NCBI GenBank assembly: GCA_963745035.1 | Contig: CAVUVW010000017.1 | Location: 192,001 to 256,000 of the forward strand | Length of the DNA: 64,000 nucleotides | Source: an uncultured delta proteobacterium | Lineage (GTDB): Bacteria; Desulfobacterota; Binatia; UBA9968 | Reading direction: 5' to 3' | Shown here: positions 10,368 to 18,332 of the stretch, in pieces | Position numbering within the stretch: position 1 is the stretch's first letter | Layout: each line of letters starts with the position of its first letter | Notes under the pieces: model-generated | What the model was told of the DNA's origin: nothing | The model's input: the letters and a program-made list of their open reading frames with translations, nothing else | The model's database searches: none | Position numbers and translations under genes: made by a program

Positions 10368-11429
10368 CTACCGAATGACCCGATCCGCCCGCGCCAGCAC
10401 GCTTCGGCGGTATCGTCGAGGCCGATCTGTTTCGCCGTCTTCTGATTGATCACCAGCTCAAACTTCGTCGGCTGCTCCACGGGGAGATCGGCAGGCTTGG
10501 CTCCCTTCAGGATTTTGTCCACGTAGGTGGCTGCGCGCCGGTAGCTGTCCGCGACGTCCGCCCCGTAGGACATGAGCCCACCGGCATCTACAGCTTCTCT
10601 GGTGTAGTACATCGACGGTAACCGACTCTTTAACGCAAAGCCCGCGATCCGTTTTTGATTAGCAGTCATTAGCGGGCCCGCGATGACGTAGAGTCCATCC
10701 GGGCGCTCCTTATTCAGCCCAGCGAATACCTTCTCGAAACCGTCCGCAGCTCGTGCTTCCGAAGGCTGAATAGTCAACCCCAGCGCACGCGCTGCGACTG
10801 GGAGATCCAATTTTACCTCGAGTACACTGGGCCGATTGGCCGACTCGTAGAGAACCGCGACACGGGCAACTTTGGGAACGGCTTCTTTGAGCACCTCCAG
10901 CCGCTTCCCGCCTAGTTCTCTGGAAAGGGTTGTAAGGCCGGTGACGTTGCCGCCGGGACGGGCAAGGCTTTCAACTAGGCCCGCCTCGACAGGATCGGCC
11001 GAAAGGCCCATCATAACTATGGGAATCGTCTTGGTCGCATTCTTGGCCGCCCGGATCATTCGTGATCCCTCCTGGTACCACGATGAGATCAACCTTGAGA
11101 CGCACGAGCTCGGCCGCAAGCTCAGGGAGCCGATCGACCTTCCCCTCCGTATATCGGTATTCGAAGGCGATGTTCTGTCCTTCTATGTAGCCAAGCTCGC
11201 GCAGAGCCAGCCGAAATGGCTCGGCACGGACGGACTCAGTAGCTGCATCGATCCCCGATAGATACCCTATCCGCTGGACTTTCTTCGCCTGCTGCGCCTG
11301 AGCCACAGCCCCACAAATTGCGAATGCGACAGCGAGAGCAAAGATCCCCACCAATTTTCGATTTTCGATTTTCGATTTTCGATTGCCGGAACAAGAATCG
11401 GAAACTCGCTTCGTCGAAAATACTTTCAT
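10368..11429 (-). CDS. SBP copy 9, frameshifted (~11065, ~10410)
   Basis: MKVFSTKRV...AQAQQAKKVQRIGYL; corrected frame ends ARADRVIR* at 10368. Confidence 0.82.
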
Positions 11430-11474
11430 GCGTCTTCTCACGTAATCGAAAATCGGCAATCGAAAATCAAAAAT
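11353..11474. repeat. Empty inverted AATCGAA heptamer arm pair
   Basis: aattttcgattttcgattttcgattttcgattg, ~58-bp spacer, aatcgaaaatcggcaatcgaaaatcaaaaat. Confidence 0.8.
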
Positions 11475-11475
11475 G

Positions 11476-12459
11476 TCATCTTATGACGCGATCCGCTCTC
11501 GCCAGCACATTGGGTGGAATCGTCAGGCCGATTTGCTTGGCCGCTTTGAGGTTGATCACCAGCTCAAATTTAGTTGGCTGCTCGACAGGCAAATCGGCGG
11601 GCTTCGCGCCTTTAAGAATTTTGTCTACGTACGTGGCGGCGCGCCGGAACAAGTCGGTAAAACTGACGCCGTAGCTCATAAGCCCTCCGTTTCCCACCCA
11701 CTCGGAGTGCCAGTAAATGACTGGGAGCCGGCTCTCTACCGCGAGTTCTGCAACCTGTGTTCGATGAGAATTGAGGATGGAGCTCGGCAGCACGAGGACT
11801 GCGTCAGCACGTCCTTTGCTAGCGGCTCGGAATGCAGTCCCAATATCCTTTGGACCTAGTACGTCTAGGGATTGAAGCTGCACGTTGAGCGCTTCAGTGG
11901 CCAGTTCCGTTTCTCGTAACACTTGTGCGTTGCCTGGTTCGGTCGAGTTGCCGAGGACACCCACGCGGGAGAGTCTAGGAACAGTCTCCTTCAGAAGCTC
12001 CAGTCGTTTCCCGCTTAAGTCTGAGGAGAGGTTCGACAATCCCGTGATGTTATTACCAGGCCGCGCCAGGCTGGCGACGAATCCATTGCCCACCGGATCG
12101 GTATCCTGCGCCATGACGATGGGAATCGTAGAAGTTGCTTCCTTGATGGGACGGGTTGATTGCGGTCCACCCGAGACGACGATGTCAACCTTGAGACGCA
12201 CTAGTTCAGCCGCGATCGCGGGCAGCCGATCAAATTTTCCCTCTGCATAGCGCCACTCAATCACAATGTTTTTCCCCTCTATGTACCCAAGCTCGTGCAG
12301 TCCCCGCCGGAAGGCCTCGGTGCGGGCGACGTTCGTGGCAGGGGAGCCAGCAGTTAGGTATCCAATCCGAGCAACTTTCGCCGGCTGCTGCGCCTGAGCG
12401 GACGAGCAAAGCGCATAAAGCATGGCGCAAAGGGTCAGACGAAGAGAGTTTTTCCTCAT
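11476..12459 (-). CDS. SBP copy 10 (intact; first gene of the array)
   Basis: MRKNSLRLTLCAMLYALCSSAQAQQPAKVARIGYL...; family motifs. Confidence 0.92.
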   Translation of the reverse strand: MRKNSLRLTLCAMLYALCSSAQAQQPAKVARIGYLTAGSPATNVARTEAFRRGLHELGYIEGKNIVIEWRYAEGKFDRLPAIAAELVRLKVDIVVSGGPQSTRPIKEATSTIPIVMAQDTDPVGNGFVASLARPGNNITGLSNLSSDLSGKRLELLKETVPRLSRVGVLGNSTEPGNAQVLRETELATEALNVQLQSLDVLGPKDIGTAFRAASKGRADAVLVLPSSILNSHRTQVAELAVESRLPVIYWHSEWVGNGGLMSYGVSFTDLFRRAATYVDKILKGAKPADLPVEQPTKFELVINLKAAKQIGLTIPPNVLARADRVIR

Positions 12460-12720
12460 GCGTTTCCTTGCTCTCTGCCCGTGGAGTCGCCTTGTTAGGA
12501 GCACGAACAGTGCCACGATCGACTCATCGATATCTCCCAGGAGAGCCGTGAATTTGCTGAAGAGTTTCTGATGCTGGGGATCGCACAGACGAATCCAGCG
12601 ATGTGAGCGAGCCGAATTGATACGGGGAGTAGCTATCTTGATTCATCGCCTTTCGGCCGGCGCGATGGCCAGAACGAGCAGCGAGGGAAGGCGACTTAAG
12701 TCCAACTCGGGATCTCATCC

Positions 12721-12760
12721 AAAAAAAAGGCCCAAGCGGTATGAAACCGTTCGGGCCTTT
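12721..12760 (-). terminator. Intrinsic terminator upstream of the array head
   Basis: Reverse strand aaaggcccgaacggtttcataccgcttgggcc followed by T8. Confidence 0.7.
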
Positions 12761-12963
12761 GTATTATCAGTCTATGGTGCCAGCCTGAGCAGCGTCAGCC
12801 GGTATTCGATTGAGTGAGGTTATCCCACGCTCGTCACAGGGCTGTCAATCTCAATGAAAAGCGCTGGCCGTGTTCTGCCTCGAGCTTCCCGGATCGCTTG
12901 ACAGGCCGATTGTGCTGAAATATCTCTCGATGAACATCGCACGGCAGAGCAAATACAGAAATT

Positions 12964-13017
12964 CCACCACGAAGGCACGAAGGACACGAAGGTTTCGTAG
13001 GATGCGCTCCGCGCACC
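12964..13017. repeat. Half CACGAAG-type 9-mer arm followed by a GTAG-type REP
   Basis: ccaccacgaaggcacgaaggacacgaagg then gtaggatgcgctccgcgcacc. Confidence 0.55.
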
Positions 13018-13079
13018 GATCGTCGTACCGGAGAGCCGCGATATATTCAACGTAAACGGTACAGAGAGGAACTTGAAAC

Positions 13080-14273
13080 ATGAGCATCAGAGGAAAAACT
13101 GCCGTTGTCGGCATCGGCGAGACGCCGACCGATCGGCTCGGCAGCAAGCCTGGCGAAGCGAGAAAATCCACGGCGGAATATCTCGCCTGGGCGGCGCGCC
13201 TGGCGATGGAAGACGCCGGCCTGACCAAGAAAGACTTCGACGGCCAGGGTCTCGCCGCGATTTATACGACGAATCATTCACAACCGTTTTGGCCCGAGGA
13301 AGTGGCGGCGATCCTCGGCATTACGCCGGCAGTGTCACTGGCGGGAGGCAATGGCGGCGCCAGCTCGGTTTCGTTGCTCGGTCATGCCGCCGCGGCGATC
13401 ACCGCGGGTTTGTGCGATCTCGTCCTGGTCATCGCCGCCGCAGCTCCGTTCAGCGAACGCGGCGGACACCGGGGCGCCCACGCCGACACGCGCGACTACG
13501 AAATGCCCTTCGGCGTCATGGGGCCGAACTGCAAAATTTCATTCGTCATGAGCCGCTACATGCACGAATCGGGCATGACCGAAGAGCACTTCGGCAAGAT
13601 CGCCGTGACCGGGCGCTATCACGCTTCGCTCAACCCCAACGCCTATTTGAGAAAGCCCATCACGATCGAGGACTACAAGAAGTCGCGCATGATCTCCGAT
13701 CCGATTCGGCTGTTCGATTGCGTCATGCCGGCCAACGGCGGCAAGGCGTACATCATGACCTCGGCGGAGCGCGCCAAGAGCATGCGCAAGAAGCCGGTCT
13801 ATTTGCTCGGCTGGGGCGAGTGCAACAACGCCAGCTACGGGCCGCGCTACCGGGCTAATCCGCTCATCACCGGCATCACGCAAGCCGGCAAACGCGCGTT
13901 CGAAATGTCGGGTGTCGCGCACAAGGACATCCGCTGCCTGAATCTCTATGACGATTACATTCCGATCGTCATGATCCAGATCGAAGACCTCGGCTTCTGC
14001 GGCAGGAACGACAAAGCATTCTTTGAAAAGACCGATTTCACTTTCAAAGGCGACCTGCCGATTCAGACCAGCGGTGGCATGATCAACTGCGGTCAGCCGT
14101 CAACGACCGGGGGCATGCTGCACGTCCTCGAGACCGTCCGGCAGATCCGCGGCGAAGGCGGCGACCGGCAAGTTCCGAATATCAAGTTCGGCATCAGCAC
14201 CGGCGTCGGCGCAGTGAACTATGGCAAAAATTTCGGCTGCACCGCCGCGGCAATCTTAGGGAGTGAAGCGTAG
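13080..14273 (+). CDS. Thiolase-family protein (SCP2/Ltp2-like)
   Basis: KTAVVGIGET..., ISDPIRLFDC, LPIQTSGG; followed by DUF35 partner. Confidence 0.85.
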   Translation: MSIRGKTAVVGIGETPTDRLGSKPGEARKSTAEYLAWAARLAMEDAGLTKKDFDGQGLAAIYTTNHSQPFWPEEVAAILGITPAVSLAGGNGGASSVSLLGHAAAAITAGLCDLVLVIAAAAPFSERGGHRGAHADTRDYEMPFGVMGPNCKISFVMSRYMHESGMTEEHFGKIAVTGRYHASLNPNAYLRKPITIEDYKKSRMISDPIRLFDCVMPANGGKAYIMTSAERAKSMRKKPVYLLGWGECNNASYGPRYRANPLITGITQAGKRAFEMSGVAHKDIRCLNLYDDYIPIVMIQIEDLGFCGRNDKAFFEKTDFTFKGDLPIQTSGGMINCGQPSTTGGMLHVLETVRQIRGEGGDRQVPNIKFGISTGVGAVNYGKNFGCTAAAILGSEA

Positions 14274-14284
14274 CTGAGCAATCT

Positions 14285-14370
14285 TCACCGCCGAGACGCA
14301 GAGAACGCAGAGTCGAGAATTTTCCGAATCAAAAACTTTCTTCTCCGCGTCCTCTGCGTCTCCGCGGTGA
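14285..14370. repeat. TCACC...GGTGA palindromic element (9-mer arms)
   Basis: tcaccgccgagacgcagagaacgcagag ... ctccgcgtcctctgcgtctccgcggtga. Confidence 0.75.
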
Positions 14371-14388
14371 GAAAATCAGGAGTTGCCA

Positions 14389-14817
14389 ATGGCAGAAGAA
14401 AAAGCGATCAAAAAACCTCTCCCTGAAATCACTCCGGTAAATCAACCGTTCTGGGACGGCGCCAAGGCCGGAAAACTGATGATGCAAAAGTGCGGCAATT
14501 GCAGCACGTGGGTGTTTCCGCCGCGCCCGGTGTGCGGCGATTGCGCCAGCGAAAAGCTCGAATGGATAGCGGTGAGCGGCAAAGGCAAAGTCTTTTGCTT
14601 CACCGTCATCCGCGAAGTGGTCGGCACCGCCCTCCGCGGTTTCGGCCCCGACATTCCCTATGTCACCGCCTGGGTGGATCTCGACGACGGCCCGCGCTTT
14701 TGCAGCAACATCGTCAACTGCCCCATCGACAAGGTCCACATCGACATGCCCGTCGAAGTATTGTTCGAAGACAGCGGCGATGGCATCACCTTGCCGAAGT
14801 TCAAACCGGCAGCGTAA
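14389..14817 (+). CDS. Zn-ribbon/OB-fold DUF35 protein
   Basis: PFWDGAKAGKLMMQKCGNC...PPRPVCGDC...SGKGKV. Confidence 0.9.
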   Translation: MAEEKAIKKPLPEITPVNQPFWDGAKAGKLMMQKCGNCSTWVFPPRPVCGDCASEKLEWIAVSGKGKVFCFTVIREVVGTALRGFGPDIPYVTAWVDLDDGPRFCSNIVNCPIDKVHIDMPVEVLFEDSGDGITLPKFKPAA

Positions 14818-14826
14818 AAAGTGTGG

Positions 14827-14923
14827 GTTCAAAACGTTCAAGCCGTTCAAATAGTTCAAACGGTTTGAACGGAGATCGCGAAGCGATCGGTTGAACGGAG
14901 CGCAGCGGTTGAACGTTTTGAAC
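14827..14923. repeat. GTTCAA/TTGAAC 9-mer inverted-arm element
   Basis: gttcaaaacgttcaagccgttcaaatagttcaa ... ttgaacgttttgaac between convergent genes. Confidence 0.75.
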
Positions 14924-14932
14924 GTACCGGGA

Positions 14933-15796
14933 TTATCGCGCGGTAATCACCGCGATTCCCGCCACCAGCAGGATCACGCCGATCACTACGTTCTTGGTGA
15001 TCTTTTCTTCGCCGCGTAGAAACAACGCGCTGAGACCGATGACGAACAGCGGCGTGGTGTTGATGATCGGGCTCACCACCGAAACCTGTCCTTTGTGCAG
15101 CGCGATGAACGTGCACACCTGACCCAATAGCGCAAAGATCGCCGCGCCGCCGTAGTAGGGCAGGCTGGCGCGATTGATCTTCAGCGAGCCGATATTTCCG
15201 GACACCGACATCGACACGAGCAGACAGACAAACGACGTCGCGCTGCTGACCGTCGAGGCTACCAGCGGCGAATCGATCGTCAGCAGTCCCATCTTGCGAA
15301 TGTTCTGCGACACCGAGGCCAACACGGCCGCACCGAGAGGAAACAGGAGATCGATTTTGCGCCACTCGGCTTCCCCTTCCCTCTTGTAAGAAACCAGCCA
15401 AGTCCCGGCCACGGTCAGAGCGGCGCCGGCATAGACGAACATTCCGGGGCGTTCGCTGAGCGCGAAGAAGGCAATGGCCATGGTGAACAGCGGCGCGGTT
15501 CCGCGCACCGGTCCCGCCCGCGACACCCCGAGCCGGACGATACCCACGTAAAACAGCACGCGCACGATGGCCGGCTGGATCAAGCCGCTGGCGACGAAAT
15601 ACAAATTCGCCGGATGAAAGATGGTCGAGACGGGATATGCGAGAAAGATATACGGAACCAAGACCGCTACGCAGACGAGAAAACTGATGAAAGCCGCGGT
15701 CGATGCATTCGAGTACGCGGTTCCTTTGCGCACCAGAATCGAGTCCACCGCCCAAGCCGCGGCGGACACGATAGCCCAAAGAATTTCGCTGGTCAT
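14933..15796 (-). CDS. DMT/EamA-family transporter
   Basis: About 10 hydrophobic helices in two repeats; VSPIINTTPLF. Confidence 0.85.
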   Translation of the reverse strand: MTSEILWAIVSAAAWAVDSILVRKGTAYSNASTAAFISFLVCVAVLVPYIFLAYPVSTIFHPANLYFVASGLIQPAIVRVLFYVGIVRLGVSRAGPVRGTAPLFTMAIAFFALSERPGMFVYAGAALTVAGTWLVSYKREGEAEWRKIDLLFPLGAAVLASVSQNIRKMGLLTIDSPLVASTVSSATSFVCLLVSMSVSGNIGSLKINRASLPYYGGAAIFALLGQVCTFIALHKGQVSVVSPIINTTPLFVIGLSALFLRGEEKITKNVVIGVILLVAGIAVITAR

Positions 15797-15874
15797 AACC
15801 AAGTTGCCGGACTCGATAATAGAAAAAACTTGTAGCACATCGCGGCAAAGCCGCAACCAAACTACATATCTATT

Positions 15875-16208
15875 TCACCGCAGAGGCGCAGAGTTCGCAG
15901 AGTTTGGTTCATTGATTAAAAGTTTTGCTCGGCGTACTCCGCGTCTCCGCGGTAAATTTTCTTCTTGGTTGATAAGTTATACAACTCGCTAACGCAACAG
16001 ACCGAACCGATCGCCATTCGAGAGTTGTAATGGCTGTTATGGATCTTATTCACCGCAGAGGCGCAGAGTTCGTAGAGTTTGGTTCATTGATCAAAAGTTT
16101 TGCTCGGCGTACTCCGCGTCTCCGCGGTAAATTTTCTTCTTGTCCGAACAGTAACACAGCTCGCCGGCGCAAGATCCCGACCCGATCGCCGTTCGAGAGT
16201 TGTAATGG
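15875..16208. repeat. 175-bp tandem duplication, each unit with a TCACC-type palindrome plus tail
   Basis: Units begin at 15875 and 16050; first ~93 bp nearly identical, both end cgagagttgtaatgg. Confidence 0.85.
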
Positions 16209-16269
16209 AAGTTTTGCCCATATATGTTGACGCGCAATAGCCATTTCGTCGGGGAGCTTTTCGATAATC

Positions 16270-16830
16270 GTGAAAAAACTTTTGGGGTTGTTTGTCATGA
16301 GCGGCGCAGTTTTGGCCGCTCTGTTTTTTTTGACTAGCCTCGCGCGCGTCGGCGGTGGAACGGCGTCGCAAGCCGTCACTCTGAAGCCAGGCTCGAACGT
16401 TCAAGAAGGATCGATCGTCTCCATCGAGTACACGCTTACCGACGATGACGGCAAAGTCATCGACACCAACGTCGGCAAGGAACCGCTGACATTCATTCAG
16501 GGCGCGGGACAGATCGTCAGCGGCCTGGAAAAAGAGCTACAAGGCTTGAAACCCGGCGACAAAAAGAAAGTACAAGTGAAACCGGAAGATGGTTACGGCA
16601 TGCCGAGCCAGCAGGCGTTTCAGGAAATGCCGCGCGAAAATATTCCCGCCGAGGCGCAGAAACCGGGCGTCACCTTGATGGCCAAGGGCCCCGATGGACG
16701 AGCGATTCCGATCCGCGTCCACGAAGTCAAAGAAAAAACCGTGGTCGTCGACTTCAATCACCCGCTCGCGGGAAAGACGCTGAATTTCGACGTGAAGATC
16801 AAAGACATCAAGGCAGCGGAAAAAAGATAG
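16270..16830 (+). CDS. slyD: SlyD-type FKBP peptidyl-prolyl isomerase with N-terminal hydrophobic leader
   Basis: VSIEYTL...PLTFIQGAGQIVSGLEKEL...VDFNHPLAGKTLNFDV. Confidence 0.88.
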   Translation: MKKLLGLFVMSGAVLAALFFLTSLARVGGGTASQAVTLKPGSNVQEGSIVSIEYTLTDDDGKVIDTNVGKEPLTFIQGAGQIVSGLEKELQGLKPGDKKKVQVKPEDGYGMPSQQAFQEMPRENIPAEAQKPGVTLMAKGPDGRAIPIRVHEVKEKTVVVDFNHPLAGKTLNFDVKIKDIKAAEKR

Positions 16831-16894
16831 ACGCGCTCCAAGGTTCAAGCCCTGGAGTTGGATGTCTCCACCACTCCATCACTCCAATCCTCTC

Positions 16895-18163
16895 ATGCGT
16901 CCCGCGTTCTTCTACGGCTACGTCATACTCGCTCTGTGTTTTGCCAACATGATCGTCATGCGCGGCGTCAACGGCGCCTTCGGTGTCTATTACCTCGCTC
17001 TGTTGGAGGAATTTTCCTGGTCGCGCAGCGACGGCGCAACCATAGCGTCGGCGAATTTTTTCGTTTACGCGATCGCCTCGCCGCTCGTCGGCCTCGCGTT
17101 CGATAAATTCGGCCCGCGTCTGCTGATGCCGCTCGGCGCGTTCTTGGTCGGCGCCGGATTGGTGGCATCCTCTTTCGCGACTTCACTTTTGGGCATGTAC
17201 CTCTCCTACGGCATCGTCACCGCGCTCGGCCAAGGCGCCTTGAGCTTCGTCGGCCATAACGCGCTTATCTCGTTTTGGTTCGTGCGCCGTCGCGCCACCG
17301 CGATCGGCATCGCTTCCATGGGCCAGGGCGTAGGCGCGCTCGTGATGGTGCCGCTGACCCAGCTCTTGATCGACAACTTCGGCTGGCGTTGGACCTACAT
17401 CGCCACGGGGAGCTTGTGCCTGCTCATTTTGGTGCCGGCAAACGCGCTTTTCCAGCGCCGCGCGCCGCAAGACGTCGGCCAATTTCCGGACGGCGATGAA
17501 ACGCCACCAGCGGCGCAGCACCAGGGGCGGCATTCGTCGAAACCCGCAGGCAACCACGATTGGACTCTCGCGCAGGCCGTGCGCTCGTTTCCCTTTTGGT
17601 GCATCACCATCGGCCATCTCGCGCTCGGCACGGCGCTCTTCTTGATCAATACCCACGCGATCGCTCATTTCGTCGCGGTCGGCTACGAGAAATTGGCGGC
17701 ATCATTTTACTTCGGCCTGATCGGCTTCATTCGCATCGGCGCGACGATCGTTTGGGGGTCCATCTCGGACCGGCTCGGCCGGAGCAAGACCTACGGCATC
17801 GCCACGCTCGTCACGGCGCTGGGCGTCGCGACCATGATCGCCATGACCATCGACGCGCCGCTATGGCTGGTCTATCTCACGGTTGCTCTCTACGGCATCG
17901 GCCACAGCGCCGGCAATCCGACCTATGGCGCGGTGATCGGCGATATCTTTTCCGGGCGAAAAATCGGCCTCATCTTCGGTTTCCTGGAAATCAGCTTCGG
18001 GTTCGGCAGCGCCTTCGGCTCGTGGATCGGCGGCTATCTGTTCGACACCACCGGCTCCTACGCTTGGGCCTTCGGCCTGTGTCTGGTCTGCTTCCTTATC
18101 TCGGGTCTGGCCATCCACACCTGCGTGCGCTGGCAGGAACGGCAAATCGGAGCCGGGAATTAG
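16895..18163 (+). CDS. MFS transporter
   Basis: 12 TM pattern; DKFGPR and SDRLGR motifs. Confidence 0.88.
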   Translation: MRPAFFYGYVILALCFANMIVMRGVNGAFGVYYLALLEEFSWSRSDGATIASANFFVYAIASPLVGLAFDKFGPRLLMPLGAFLVGAGLVASSFATSLLGMYLSYGIVTALGQGALSFVGHNALISFWFVRRRATAIGIASMGQGVGALVMVPLTQLLIDNFGWRWTYIATGSLCLLILVPANALFQRRAPQDVGQFPDGDETPPAAQHQGRHSSKPAGNHDWTLAQAVRSFPFWCITIGHLALGTALFLINTHAIAHFVAVGYEKLAASFYFGLIGFIRIGATIVWGSISDRLGRSKTYGIATLVTALGVATMIAMTIDAPLWLVYLTVALYGIGHSAGNPTYGAVIGDIFSGRKIGLIFGFLEISFGFGSAFGSWIGGYLFDTTGSYAWAFGLCLVCFLISGLAIHTCVRWQERQIGAGN

Positions 18164-18166
18164 GAT

Positions 18167-18303
18167 GTTCAAGACGTTCAAACCGTTCAAGTAGTTCAAA
18201 TCGTATGAACCGAGATCACGGAGCGCCTCACGCGGCTTGAAGACCTATGAACTTACACGCGTCGAACCGGGCGAAGCGGTTGAACGGCTTGAACGTTTTG
18301 AAC
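18167..18303. repeat. GTTCAA/TTGAAC inverted-arm element
   Basis: gttcaagacgttcaaaccgttcaagtagttcaa ... ttgaacggcttgaacgttttgaac. Confidence 0.75.
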
Positions 18304-18332
18304 TAAGAGCCCAATGCTAGTATGAGGAAATT

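Noticed and set aside
53-12250. Recurrent plus-strand ORFs (e.g. ...[14 protein letters not shown]..., ...QADLLGRF...)
   Set aside because: Antisense shadows of the conserved SBP sequence with inconsistent starts and stops
1-12459. Diversity-generating retroelement
   Set aside because: No RT or template/variable repeat pair seen; copy 1 versus copy 2 differences are not restricted to adenines; the Avd-like gene alone is insufficient
1-12459. Classical integron
   Set aside because: No integrase and no recognisable RYYYAAC...GTTRRRY attC sites at the junctions
14827-14923. CRISPR array suggested by GTTCAA/TTGAAC repeats
   Set aside because: 9-bp units without spacers, inverted layout, no cas genes
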